Notes: generated by a model from the letters alone, not told the origin. 50,589 nucleotides of DNA from an uncultured Erysipelotrichaceae bacterium (GCA_902767365.1 CACXGX010000046.1:1-50589), one strand, 5' to 3'. Positions 30,187 to 40,839 are shown, counted from the first letter of the stretch. Made by a program: numbers and translations.

Positions 30187-31635
30187 TTAATTACCTTCCT
30201 CTACATTAAATATTTGTCTTAACTCTGACATACTATCAGATATTTTACTTCTAGTATCTTGATTTATTTTTGAAGAAATCAAATTCTCAAAACTTTCAAC
30301 TTTCTTAATATCAGAATGAATTCTATCAATTTCTTTTTGATAATTGTCATATTGAGATTTATTAAAAAATAACTTTTTAGAAAAATTAGAATCTAAACAA
30401 AATTTATCATAATCAACTTTGTAAAATTGACACTCATTTTTTATTCTAACTCTAAATAGTTTTTCTAAAGAATTATCTTTAGAAATAAGAGTTTGAGTTA
30501 AATTTCTAATTGCAGTCATAATCAATTCTACATCAATATTAATAGTCTTATTATCATTTAACTTCAAAGGAATAGTATCAGAACTAGACATTAAATATAA
30601 TCTATTTTTTAAAATATCTCTCATATTTAAACCAAGTTTTTCTTTAATATAACTTTTTAAATTAACCAAATCTTCACTATTAGCAATATAAAAATATTCT
30701 TGAGATGTTTTAATACTTTTACTTACTAATTGATTAACAACTTTTTCCATTACAAAAGTAGATAAATAATCAATAATATTCATTCTTCCATCTTTATAAG
30801 ATACAAGAGTATTAATATGATTCATCAAATATTCATATACAACACTATCTATAGACTTAAAGAAAATTAAACTTCTATCCCTTGTATATTTATATAGATT
30901 AAAATAATCCATATTCTTAAGTGCAATAGATTCGTTAATATTTCCAGACAACAAATCATAATTATCATAAAAATATGTATAGTTTTCTTTTTTTATAATA
31001 CTTAAAATTGTTTCATTCTTCTTAAAATTTTCTATTGTAGAATATATATTAATAGTAATTTTCTTACCAAACTCACTATATTTAATATAATATGGCATTT
31101 CCAACGCAAAACATTGATTAATATATACTTTTAATATTTTATAAAGTCTACTAGCATCAACTTTAATAGATAATACAGTATTATATAATGGATCTTTTTT
31201 TATATCAAAATCAGAATATATTATAACTTTATGATTAAAATCATCAAACAAATCAGAATAATATCTATTTATATTAGGATTAGTTAAAACTTGTTGAAGA
31301 GAAGTATATGATTTAACACTTTCCATATCTCTAATCATTTTTACAACATCATAAACATCAAAATCAAAATCTTTATTATCTATATAATTTCTTAAATTCT
31401 CTTCAGAAATAGATAATAACTTCTTCTTCCATAAAGACCACATAACAAGACAAAATGTTTTTTTATCTTCTACATCATATTGAATACTACTACTTGCCTT
31501 ATTTCCCTTAGTAACACGAGAATAAAAATCTTCATAATCATAAGAAGTAGAATAAATATTTAAAAGTTTATTCCACTTTATCTTATTATCCATAGGATTT
31601 TCTATGCGAAAATACAAAGCTCTTAACTCATCCAT
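30187..31635 (-). CDS. Hypothetical protein
   Basis: 482-aa ORF, RBS gagggg; central part weakly reminiscent of HopA1-like domains. Confidence 0.8.
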   Translation of the reverse strand: MDELRALYFRIENPMDNKIKWNKLLNIYSTSYDYEDFYSRVTKGNKASSSIQYDVEDKKTFCLVMWSLWKKKLLSISEENLRNYIDNKDFDFDVYDVVKMIRDMESVKSYTSLQQVLTNPNINRYYSDLFDDFNHKVIIYSDFDIKKDPLYNTVLSIKVDASRLYKILKVYINQCFALEMPYYIKYSEFGKKITINIYSTIENFKKNETILSIIKKENYTYFYDNYDLLSGNINESIALKNMDYFNLYKYTRDRSLIFFKSIDSVVYEYLMNHINTLVSYKDGRMNIIDYLSTFVMEKVVNQLVSKSIKTSQEYFYIANSEDLVNLKSYIKEKLGLNMRDILKNRLYLMSSSDTIPLKLNDNKTINIDVELIMTAIRNLTQTLISKDNSLEKLFRVRIKNECQFYKVDYDKFCLDSNFSKKLFFNKSQYDNYQKEIDRIHSDIKKVESFENLISSKINQDTRSKISDSMSELRQIFNVEEGN

Positions 31636-31692
31636 ATTATATTCCCCTCTTTATCATAACTACATCATATCATTTTTGATATTATAAATCAA

Positions 31693-32727
31693 TTATTCTT
31701 TTGAACTTTTATAATTTTCTAAATAAGAAATTGCATCATCTAAAGTATCTATCTCAACAATTTCAATATCATAATTTTTTGACTTTTTAACACTTATTGC
31801 TTCTTCATAATTATCACCACTAGGCACAAAAAATATTGAAGCTCCCCCACTAACAGCGCCAGCTAGTTTATATTTTACTCCACCAATTTCTCCAACTAAT
31901 CCTTGAGAATTAATTGTTCCTGTACCTGCTATTTTTAAACCATGAGTCAAGTCTTCAGGAATTAAAGTATCATATATTGCTAAAGTAGTCATAAGTCCAG
32001 CAGAAGAACCACTTTCTGATTCCCTAAAAGAAAAACTTATTTTAGGATCAAGATTTAAATCATAAATTCTATAAAATGCAAGCCCAATTAGCTTTTTATC
32101 ATCAATTACTTTAATTTTTACATCAGTTTGATATATTTCACCATTCCTATCTAATTCCAACTTTAAAGAATCATTTTCATTCTTAGAAGAAATAATATTA
32201 GTAATATCTTCAAATTCATTGATTGAAACACCATCAACTGATAAAAGAATATCTCCAACTTTAATTTTAGACGTTGAATCTAAAAAATCGTAAACTGCTA
32301 TAACATAAAATTTTGTATCTGTAATTTCAACTTTTTTGTTAGCTCTTGTATATGAAAGAAGAACAGAAGATTGATTAGCTTGAGTTAAAGATAGCTTATC
32401 TCTAACTAAAACATCTTCTAACGATTCATCCTCATTTATTTGATAATTTTCAACTTCTACTGCTTCCCAATTAGGTATAACATAAGATAACAAATATGTA
32501 AGTACGATTCCTTCAGCTTGATTAACATAAGACAAATTATAACTTCCCTTTTGCTTATAACCATTCTCAATAACAAATCTATCAGATAAATCAGTAATAC
32601 CACCAGAAGTAAAAACATAATATGGTACTGGGAAATTAATAATAAAATAAAAAACCAAGAAAAAAATAATCAACTTATAATTCTCTCTTAAAAAGTTTTT
32701 AATTCCTCTAATCATTCTCATAATCAA
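31693..32727 (-). CDS. ylbL: YlbL/SepM-like PDZ-domain Lon-type (S16) protease
   Basis: N-terminal TM, PDZ (KVGDILLSVDG), SAGLM, IAGTGTI, GEIGGVKYK. Confidence 0.85.
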   Translation of the reverse strand: MIMRMIRGIKNFLRENYKLIIFFLVFYFIINFPVPYYVFTSGGITDLSDRFVIENGYKQKGSYNLSYVNQAEGIVLTYLLSYVIPNWEAVEVENYQINEDESLEDVLVRDKLSLTQANQSSVLLSYTRANKKVEITDTKFYVIAVYDFLDSTSKIKVGDILLSVDGVSINEFEDITNIISSKNENDSLKLELDRNGEIYQTDVKIKVIDDKKLIGLAFYRIYDLNLDPKISFSFRESESGSSAGLMTTLAIYDTLIPEDLTHGLKIAGTGTINSQGLVGEIGGVKYKLAGAVSGGASIFFVPSGDNYEEAISVKKSKNYDIEIVEIDTLDDAISYLENYKSSKE

Positions 32728-32766
32728 ATCACACCCATTATTAATTATATCAGAAAGAAAAAAATT

Positions 32767-33684
32767 ATGAAAAAAAATTTATTAAATTTATTAATTAATT
32801 TAGTATTAACAAATATTTTTATATTTATTTTCTTATATTCTAATAACATAAAAAATAGTGTTATAGTAGCAATAAATATATGGAAAAACATTTTAATTCC
32901 AAACATTTTCCCATTTCTTTTAATATCTTCTTTAATGGTTAAATATGGATTAATAAATATTATAAGTAAAACTATAGGACCATTAATAAAAAAAATATAT
33001 AATCTTCCTCAGAGTTCTTCTTATGCCATATTAACTTCCATAATAACAGGGTTCCCAACTGGAAGCATATATATAAAAGACTTATTAAATAATAAAGAAA
33101 TAGACATAGATGATGCTAATAGTTTAATAGCATTTACAAGTTATTCTAATCCAATATTTGTAATTTCAGGAATTGGAGAAACATTATTAAATAATAAAAA
33201 AATAGGTATAAAAATATATATAGTACATCTAACAACTGGATTAATAATGGGATTATTCTTTAGAAATAAAAACAAAAAAAGCAAAGATACTAAATATAAA
33301 ATAATAGTTGATAATAAAAGTTTTATAAATAATTTAACAGATTCAATTAATAATACATTTAAAGTATTAATAAATATATTAGGAATAATTATTTTTTTTT
33401 ATATGATAGTAACTATAATAAATATCATCTTTCCTAATAATATTTATACAAGTATTATCAAAGGAATACTAGAATTAACAACTGGAATATCAAATATATC
33501 ATCATTAAAAATAGCAAAGAAACTTAAAATAGCTTTAATTGGTTTTTTAATTTCTTTTAACGGCTTAAGTGTTCATTTCCAAACAAAAAGCATAATAGAA
33601 AAAACTGGAATAAAATACAAAAACTATTTTATTTCCAGAATCATACAATCTCTATTATGCTTTATAATCTTATATATTTTCTAA
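32767..33684 (+). CDS. ylbJ: Sporulation integral membrane protein YlbJ-like
   Basis: WKNILIP.IFPF, GFPTG, NPIFVI..IG, GILELTTG, GLSVHFQ; divergent from ylbL as in Bacillus. Confidence 0.82.
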   Translation: MKKNLLNLLINLVLTNIFIFIFLYSNNIKNSVIVAINIWKNILIPNIFPFLLISSLMVKYGLINIISKTIGPLIKKIYNLPQSSSYAILTSIITGFPTGSIYIKDLLNNKEIDIDDANSLIAFTSYSNPIFVISGIGETLLNNKKIGIKIYIVHLTTGLIMGLFFRNKNKKSKDTKYKIIVDNKSFINNLTDSINNTFKVLINILGIIIFFYMIVTIINIIFPNNIYTSIIKGILELTTGISNISSLKIAKKLKIALIGFLISFNGLSVHFQTKSIIEKTGIKYKNYFISRIIQSLLCFIILYIF

Positions 33685-34838
33685 CTATTTGCATCATAAA
33701 TCTTACTAATTTCTATGACTGGTCTTAACCCATAAGATTCATTAACATTAACATCCTTTAATTTTTCATCACTACTAGATATAATCCATACTCTTTTAGC
33801 ATAATTAGGATGATCAACATCATAATCTCGTCCAGAAGATGTCCAAAAACTACTTGATTTTATCCAAGAATATGAAGATGACAAAGAAAAATAAGGTGTA
33901 GGATCGGAAGCATTCTTTATAGTATTTCTAAAATAAGGGCATGCATCTACTAAGAAACTTGCCTCCTCAAAAGAAAGCAGTCTAACTTTCCTAGCATTTT
34001 TCCATAAATTAGCAATTTCTGAAACTTGTTCATTTATGATACTATTAGAATAATCATTTCCCCTTGCTATATCACTATTAAAACTGATTGACGAAGGTAC
34101 TAAACTATCATAACTATCATTATAAAGTAAAGTTAAATATGCATTGTTTTTAGAAGAATCTTTAATAACTACAAACTTTTTTTGAGTAGTAGCATTTACC
34201 TGTATTAAAACCTCATCTCCAACCGAATATGATTTAAAGTTTGAAGAAGCGCTTTCTGTTCTAGTACCATTACAAACAACTGAAATATCAATATCTGCAT
34301 CTATATCATTATGAATAAACTCAACTCTAATCTTATAAAGAGGAATATTAGATTCAATTCCATCATTCAAACTTGTTTGTTCCAAAATAAAATTATTTCT
34401 TATAGATACATTAGCAGCATCTGGCACCGTATATCTTATTCCACCATAAGCAATATACGGAATTGAATAATAAAAATTATCAGCACTTCCATCAGGATGT
34501 TCTATAGAATCAGCACGAACATCTTCTTTAACAACAAACTCTTTCGATGTAGAATCATTAAAATAAAGAATTATACACCTACCAACTCTAGTTAATTCAT
34601 GAGTTGTAGGATTTTCTTCCATACAATAATCAATATGATTAAGACCTTTTGCTTGTATATCCTTTTGAATATCTATTATAACCTGAGATTTAAATGCCAA
34701 AAGATCATTTTTAATGGAAAAATCCATTTCTTTATTTCTATAATTAATAACAACTGCAAACAGAGAAATTGCTAATATACTAGAAAAAGTAAAACTCATT
34801 ATAAGTTCTATAACTGTAAATCCTTTTTTATTTAACAT
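33681..34838 (-). CDS. Large type IV prepilin-like protein with C-terminal DUF6273/CLec-like domain
   Basis: NKKG|FTVIEL class III signal; C-terminal FWTSS...VWII...YGLRPVIEI. Confidence 0.8.
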   Translation of the reverse strand: MLNKKGFTVIELIMSFTFSSILAISLFAVVINYRNKEMDFSIKNDLLAFKSQVIIDIQKDIQAKGLNHIDYCMEENPTTHELTRVGRCIILYFNDSTSKEFVVKEDVRADSIEHPDGSADNFYYSIPYIAYGGIRYTVPDAANVSIRNNFILEQTSLNDGIESNIPLYKIRVEFIHNDIDADIDISVVCNGTRTESASSNFKSYSVGDEVLIQVNATTQKKFVVIKDSSKNNAYLTLLYNDSYDSLVPSSISFNSDIARGNDYSNSIINEQVSEIANLWKNARKVRLLSFEEASFLVDACPYFRNTIKNASDPTPYFSLSSSYSWIKSSSFWTSSGRDYDVDHPNYAKRVWIISSSDEKLKDVNVNESYGLRPVIEISKIYDANS

Positions 34839-35395
34839 GTCGCACCACCACTTCCCCCTTCTCCATCAAATAGCAATTCAATATTAGTTATTCTACCATC
34901 ATTAAATACTACGATAAGACGTCTTGCAAAATTATAATTAGATGGATTAGTTTCAGTATTAGTATATCTTTGCATTTGAATTATATATTCTCTTAAAGCT
35001 CTATCAAAGTTTTTTCGAGCATAAGAAACAAAATCATCACTAATTGTATAAGTAGTTAAAACAAGTTCCCTAACATCAAGATAATCTCTTGATAATAACT
35101 TTTTACAATAAACAGAATTAGTAACATAAGAACAAATTTCAGTACCATCAAAAAAATAAAACTTATTAGGAACATTTGTAAAAGATAATAAATTAGCAAG
35201 TTTACCGCTATCACTTTTTAAAAGCATCTTACGAATCATATGAGCATCATAAACACTTTCAACAGTGTCATAATCTGATGCTTTTTCATAATCTCCAATT
35301 AAAGGTATTATATTAGCTACAATAAATGTGAATAATCCTAAAACGAAAACAGACGTAACAATTGTTTCAATTAAAACAAAACCCTTATTATTCAT
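34832..35395 (-). CDS. Type IV prepilin-like protein
   Basis: NNKG|FVLIET class III signal followed by a hydrophobic helix. Confidence 0.85.
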   Translation of the reverse strand: MNNKGFVLIETIVTSVFVLGLFTFIVANIIPLIGDYEKASDYDTVESVYDAHMIRKMLLKSDSGKLANLLSFTNVPNKFYFFDGTEICSYVTNSVYCKKLLSRDYLDVRELVLTTYTISDDFVSYARKNFDRALREYIIQMQRYTNTETNPSNYNFARRLIVVFNDGRITNIELLFDGEGGSGGATC

Positions 35396-35544
35396 AAGCC
35401 ACCTCTTTCTACTATAACAATATCATAATAATTATATAATAAAAAATTAATTAATACCATATATTTTAAAAAAAATAATTGAAATATTGATTATAAAAGA
35501 AAGATATTATATAATAAGAATGTTAAATAATAAAATAAGGGGCA

Positions 35545-37116
35545 GTGACTATGATAGAATATGATTTTGTAAATATGCCAATCGTTGATATAGTTAACAG
35601 AATAATTATTTATGCATCTCAACACAAAGCAAGTGATATTCACTTCGATCCAAGAGAAGATTGTATGATGATTAGAATGAGAATGGATGGTCGATTAAAA
35701 GATCATGCAAAAGTTCCAAAAATGTATGAAAAGAACTTAGCAACCAGAGTAAAACTAATATCAAAAATGAACATAACAGAAACTCGTGTACCACAAGACG
35801 GTGCCATCAAAGGTATAGTTGACGGAAGAGAATTAGACATGCGTGTATCTGCACTACCAACTAATGAAGGAGAAAAAATAGTTCTCCGTCTTTTGGACTA
35901 TAGCCAAAGCTTAAACGGAATTGAAAGCTTAGGTTTTGCACCACATAACTTAAAAAAGATTGAAAGACTACTTGATATACCAAATGGAATTATCCTTGTT
36001 ACAGGAGCTACTGGATCAGGAAAATCTACTACTACGTACTCTATGTTATCAGCGTTAAATACAGAAGATAGAAACATAATTACCGTTGAGGATCCGGTCG
36101 AAATGAACATTGAAGGAATTAACCAAGTATATGTTAATTCAGAAATAGGATTGACATTTGCAAGTGCCTTAAGATCTATCTTACGTCAAGACCCAGACGT
36201 TATACTAATCGGAGAAATTCGTGATAGTGAAACAGCTCAAATAGCAGTTCGTGCCGCAATTACAGGACACTTAGTATTATCAACAATACACACCAATAGT
36301 GCCCTTAATACAATTGAACGTCTTCTAGATATGGATGTTGAAAGATATTTGCTATCAACTGCCATGAATGGAATAATATCACAAAAATTAGCAAGAACAC
36401 TTTGCCCTGATTGTAAAAGAAAAAGACCAACAACAAGTTACGAAAAACAAATATTTAGTAAAATGTTAGGACAGGATGTAAAAGAAGTATATGAGCCAGT
36501 TGGATGTGAAAAATGCAATAGAGGTTTTAGAGGAAGAATTGCCCTACATGAAGTTTTATTCTTAACTGATGCTTTACGTGAATTAATAAATGATGAAAAT
36601 CTCGATAAAGAAGAACTTAAAAAAGCAGTATATTCTGGAGACACTACTACTCTACTTCAAGATGCATTACAAAAAGTTGTTGACGGATACACTACATTCA
36701 AAGAAGTATATAGAGTTGTAGATATCGACTTCGACTTAGAAAGAAGTATTAGAAAAGAAGTACGTGAAAAAGAACAAGAAAATAACAAGAATGAAAAACT
36801 TGAAGTTATTGACTTGTATGATACAAAAGATACAGGAATTCATTTAACTGATGAAGAAATAAATAAAATTAAAGTTAAAGCAAAAGAAGATGCCGAAACC
36901 AAATATAATAAAAAGAAGATTGTTGATAATGATTTAATAGATATATTTGAAGGAATAGAAGTATCAGAAGATAACAAAAAAGGAGATAAGAAAGACAAAA
37001 AAGAGAAAAAAGATAAGAAAGAAGAGAAAAAAGAAGACAAAAAAGAAGACAAAAAGGAAGATAAAAAGGAAGATAAAAAGGAAGATAAAAAAGAAGATAA
37101 GAAAAAGGAGAAATAA
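35545..37116 (+). CDS. GspE/PilB/ComGA-family pilus assembly ATPase with KKED tail
   Basis: ASDIHF, PQDG, GATGSGKS, TVEDPVE, LRQDPD, TGHLVLSTIH, CPDC...CEKC. Confidence 0.93.
   Translation: MTMIEYDFVNMPIVDIVNRIIIYASQHKASDIHFDPREDCMMIRMRMDGRLKDHAKVPKMYEKNLATRVKLISKMNITETRVPQDGAIKGIVDGRELDMRVSALPTNEGEKIVLRLLDYSQSLNGIESLGFAPHNLKKIERLLDIPNGIILVTGATGSGKSTTTYSMLSALNTEDRNIITVEDPVEMNIEGINQVYVNSEIGLTFASALRSILRQDPDVILIGEIRDSETAQIAVRAAITGHLVLSTIHTNSALNTIERLLDMDVERYLLSTAMNGIISQKLARTLCPDCKRKRPTTSYEKQIFSKMLGQDVKEVYEPVGCEKCNRGFRGRIALHEVLFLTDALRELINDENLDKEELKKAVYSGDTTTLLQDALQKVVDGYTTFKEVYRVVDIDFDLERSIRKEVREKEQENNKNEKLEVIDLYDTKDTGIHLTDEEINKIKVKAKEDAETKYNKKKIVDNDLIDIFEGIEVSEDNKKGDKKDKKEKKDKKEEKKEDKKEDKKEDKKEDKKEDKKEDKKKEK
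37027..37104 (+). repeat. Degenerate 12-bp tandem repeat encoding (KKED)n
   Basis: aaaaa(a/g)gaaga(c/t), about 6 copies. Confidence 0.85.
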
Positions 37117-37130
37117 ATTTCTCCTTTTTT
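37102..37130. terminator. Bidirectional terminator between the ATPase gene and tmk
   Basis: aaaaaggagaaa-taaa-tttctcctttttt. Confidence 0.8.
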
Positions 37131-37803
37131 ATTCAGTTATTTTTAAATATATTTCATCATTAATATCTTCAATAGACCTTAATTTATTGTCTTTAATACA
37201 TTCAATTGTATCCCAGTTATATAGTTGAGATAATTCTACATAAGCACGTTCTGCATTCTTTAAGTGTTCAGGACTTTTTTCATGTTCATCAAGAAATTCT
37301 CTATTTTTTTCTAATTCTTTAGTAAAATCATATGGAACATGTAAAAAAATTGTTTTATCTGGTTTAGGAAGTTCCAACAACCAATATTCTAATTTATCTA
37401 TCCATTGATACATATAAAATCTTTCATCTTTATCTTGAATTTTACATCCTTGATGAGCAAGATTACTTGTAACATATCTATCAAGAATAACATAGTATCC
37501 ATCATCAACATACTTTAATACTTTGTCTATATTATATTTTCTATCAGCAGCATAATATAAACAAGCTATTTTAGGGTCAAGATTAACTGCACTTTCAAAA
37601 AAACTTTCACATATTTCAGGTTTACCAAGATATGCTCCACCAACTATTTTACCTGTTGGAGTATCGTAACAAGGGAAACTCAAAGAAACACATTTCTTAC
37701 CATCTTTTTTTAATCTTTCAACCAATAAATTAGATTGAGTTGCTTTACCTGAACAATCAGTACCCTCAATTACAATTATTTTACCTCTTTTCTCATTATC
37801 CAT
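37129..37803 (-). CDS. tmk: Thymidylate kinase
   Basis: IVIEGTDCSGKATQ, YAADR, LDRYVTSN, PDKTIFL. Confidence 0.9.
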   Translation of the reverse strand: MDNEKRGKIIVIEGTDCSGKATQSNLLVERLKKDGKKCVSLSFPCYDTPTGKIVGGAYLGKPEICESFFESAVNLDPKIACLYYAADRKYNIDKVLKYVDDGYYVILDRYVTSNLAHQGCKIQDKDERFYMYQWIDKLEYWLLELPKPDKTIFLHVPYDFTKELEKNREFLDEHEKSPEHLKNAERAYVELSQLYNWDTIECIKDNKLRSIEDINDEIYLKITE

Positions 37804-37839
37804 AATTTACTCTCCATTCTTAATATATTTTATCAAAAT

Positions 37840-37865
37840 AAAAAGAAAGTAGCAACCTACTTTCT
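37840..37865 (-). terminator. Terminator after thyX
   Basis: agaaagtag-N4-ctactttct with T-tract on minus strand. Confidence 0.65.
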
Positions 37866-39120
37866 ATACTTTACGAGTACCGTCTATTCCTTCCTTCCAA
37901 CCACATGGATTAGGACATTCATAATTTCCAGTTTGACATCTTCTATGACCTATAAAAGGTTTTAACAATTTTGCCTTAGGATGATTCTCTTTTTCCAAAG
38001 TTTGATATATTTTTTCCGCAGTCTCAACAGTATTTTTAAATGTTTCAAGTTGAACATGAGAACAATCTCTTTCTTCCATTTTCAATACATAATCATCAAC
38101 ACATCCTGTCTCATGAATAGTATATAACTCAGCCATTGGGAATTTATCTCTTATAGATTCAAAATCATCTTTGAACATTTCTACAAGATCAGGATGAGAT
38201 ACTATCAATGGTGGAATAAAACAACCACTATGCGGTTTTCTTTCTAAACAATATCTACCTCTTCGATGTCTTTCGTATTGAGCAAACAAAACTGGTGTCC
38301 CCAAATATGTAATTGAATTAGACTCCCCAAATTGTTGAGGTAATTCATCTAAACATTCTCCGAAAATATGCAATTTTCTATGTTTTCTATTCGACTGCAA
38401 TCTTTCATCCAAAAGATTTAATCTTTCACATTCTTTAATAAACATTTCAAAATCTTGGGAAAGTCTTTTAGCAAAATCATCCATATTAGTTTGATTCATA
38501 TAATCTTTCATCCATGATACAATTCTATTTAATTGAGCAAGAGGAACTGTATAAACCATAGATGTATTAATAAAAACAGAACACATATATCTAGCATTCT
38601 CTTGAGCCTTGGTTTCAATTTCAGTATAACTTTTTTCACCATTCTTTTTTGTTCTAACTAAATTAGGATATTCAGCAAGTATTAAATCATAAAAAATGCC
38701 ATACCATTTTTGATATAATTCAATTTCTTTTTCAGACAAATTACAAGACTCTGGACTAATTGTAGTATATCTTAAACTTCTTTCACTAGTAGCATACTGC
38801 CCTTCATTATTTAAAACCATATTCAACATTTTTGAAGAATCTTCTAGATGCATTCCAATATTGATATGTTCAAATATAGATTGATGCTCATCATGAGTCG
38901 TTCTATTAATCCTTCTTTCAGTAACTTCATCACTTTCACCAAAAGATGCTAATAAACCATTTTCATTGTAACAAATTCCTCCTACTTGACCACAAAACTT
39001 CATTGCTGTATTTAAATCAAAAGTTGCATCTGGAAGATAAAAATGTTTTGGATTATCATCCTTTGTTAAAATAAATGGTGTATTTCTAAGTAAAGTAATT
39101 TTTAAATTAGATAATTTCAT
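37864..39120 (-). CDS. thyX: FAD-dependent thymidylate synthase, double-length ThyX-like
   Basis: GICY, HQSIFEH, SERSLRY, AQENARY, QYERHR, ERDCSHVQLE. Confidence 0.8.
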   Translation of the reverse strand: MKLSNLKITLLRNTPFILTKDDNPKHFYLPDATFDLNTAMKFCGQVGGICYNENGLLASFGESDEVTERRINRTTHDEHQSIFEHINIGMHLEDSSKMLNMVLNNEGQYATSERSLRYTTISPESCNLSEKEIELYQKWYGIFYDLILAEYPNLVRTKKNGEKSYTEIETKAQENARYMCSVFINTSMVYTVPLAQLNRIVSWMKDYMNQTNMDDFAKRLSQDFEMFIKECERLNLLDERLQSNRKHRKLHIFGECLDELPQQFGESNSITYLGTPVLFAQYERHRRGRYCLERKPHSGCFIPPLIVSHPDLVEMFKDDFESIRDKFPMAELYTIHETGCVDDYVLKMEERDCSHVQLETFKNTVETAEKIYQTLEKENHPKAKLLKPFIGHRRCQTGNYECPNPCGWKEGIDGTRKV

Positions 39121-39137
39121 AAGAACCTCCCTATTAT

Positions 39138-39740
39138 CTACATTTTAGACTCATCTATAACATTACTGTCTTTATCAAAATCAAGATTAATAAATCTTCT
39201 ACTAGCTAAATAATCACACATATGAACAAACTTTTCCATTGGAGCTTTTGGAATAGGCAAAACAACATCGCTATACTGATTAGTATTCCAAGGTCCCATA
39301 TGACTTGCTACAGCATTAGCCATTTTTTCAAGTTCCTCTTCATTCATATTAAGTTTATCTTTATTTTCTTTAGCATAATTACTAGCTAAAATTGGATGAT
39401 CAAACCTAGTATATTTTTCATGTTCTTTTCCATATTTTAATCCATCATGAATTAACAACGCAATAATTATTAAATCTTTATCACGGCTACTATATGGTTT
39501 CCCAATTATGGGATTAGACAACAATTCATAAGCAAACTTACAAGCAGATTTAACATGTCTTGAAAGACCACCTTCCCCAGCTGCATATTTAGGATGATAT
39601 TTACCAGTACTAGATGCATCTACTTCAAAAAAATAATCTGGTAAATGACTAACTAAATATTTAGCATCACTTCTTAAATCATCATCATTTATATACAAGT
39701 ATTCATTAGAAAATACTTTTTCTTTATCTTTTTCACTCAC
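39138..39740 (-). CDS. HD-domain phosphohydrolase
   Basis: ASSTGKYHP..A.GEGGLSRH, LIHDG, SHMGPW, HMCDYLAS; probable GTG start after ggaggt. Confidence 0.85.
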   Translation of the reverse strand: MSEKDKEKVFSNEYLYINDDDLRSDAKYLVSHLPDYFFEVDASSTGKYHPKYAAGEGGLSRHVKSACKFAYELLSNPIIGKPYSSRDKDLIIIALLIHDGLKYGKEHEKYTRFDHPILASNYAKENKDKLNMNEEELEKMANAVASHMGPWNTNQYSDVVLPIPKAPMEKFVHMCDYLASRRFINLDFDKDSNVIDESKM

Positions 39741-40839
39741 TATTACTACCTCCAATAAAATTAACTAATATCGAATTAGATATATATAACTTATCTTCTG
39801 GAATATAAATGTATTCTCCATCATCAATTAACATTTTATTCTTAACTAAATTAATTATATCAAAATTATCCTCTATGGAAGATAAAAATTTATTAAAAAA
39901 TTCTTTTTTACTAACGCCATTAATTTTTCTAAGTCCAAGAATCATTTCATATTCCATATCTAACTTAAAATCTATTTCTTCACTTAAATAATCATATTTA
40001 CACTCATTATACTTACTAATATTTTTAGTGTTAGTATAACGACATTTATCAATATAACCAGAAGCACCCAACCCAAAACCATAGTACTTTTCATTATTCC
40101 AATAAACCATATTATGCTTTGATTCATAACCATTTAAGGCAAAATTACTAATCTCATAATGATTAAAACCATAAAATTTTAAATATTCAACTATCTTGTA
40201 ATACATTCTAGACTCTAAATCTTCATCAATAGGAGTAACTTTATCAATAAAAATTCTAGTATGTTCTTCAATAATTAAAGAATAAATAGAAATATGTTTA
40301 GGTCTTAAATTAACAACAAAAGATAAATCAGATAACACTTCATCAATTGTTTGATTAGGAAAAGCATACATTAAATCGATATTAAAATTATCAAAATATT
40401 TTCTTATAAGTTCTATTTTTCTTAATACATCATTTTTATTACAAAATCTGTTTAAAAAAGGCATAAACTTATTATTAACCGTTTCTATTCCAACGCTTAT
40501 ACGATTAACTTTATTCTTTTTAAAAAGTATTAATTTTTCTTCTGTTATGTCATTTACATTAACCTCTATAGTAAATTCATAATCACTAGATAAATCTATT
40601 CTTTTAATTATATTAAATAATTTTTCTAATTGATTAATACTAAGACAACTAGGAGTGCCCCCACCAATATATAAAGTTTGAATTAATTCATTTTTATATC
40701 TAAAATTTATTTCTTTTTCCAAAGAATTAAGATATTCATTAACCCATTTGTCATTATATAAAAGTTTACAAAAATCGCAATAAGAACAAATAGAAGAACA
40801 AAAAGGTATATGTATATAACAACTATGTATACTATTCAT
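39733..40839 (-). CDS. hemW: Radical SAM heme chaperone HemW (HemN-like)
   Basis: [29 protein letters not shown]; follows lepA. Confidence 0.9.
   Translation of the reverse strand: MNSIHSCYIHIPFCSSICSYCDFCKLLYNDKWVNEYLNSLEKEINFRYKNELIQTLYIGGGTPSCLSINQLEKLFNIIKRIDLSSDYEFTIEVNVNDITEEKLILFKKNKVNRISVGIETVNNKFMPFLNRFCNKNDVLRKIELIRKYFDNFNIDLMYAFPNQTIDEVLSDLSFVVNLRPKHISIYSLIIEEHTRIFIDKVTPIDEDLESRMYYKIVEYLKFYGFNHYEISNFALNGYESKHNMVYWNNEKYYGFGLGASGYIDKCRYTNTKNISKYNECKYDYLSEEIDFKLDMEYEMILGLRKINGVSKKEFFNKFLSSIEDNFDIINLVKNKMLIDDGEYIYIPEDKLYISNSILVNFIGGSNSE

Noticed and set aside
33681-33900. Active diversity-generating retroelement
   Set aside because: No reverse transcriptase or template repeat visible in the window
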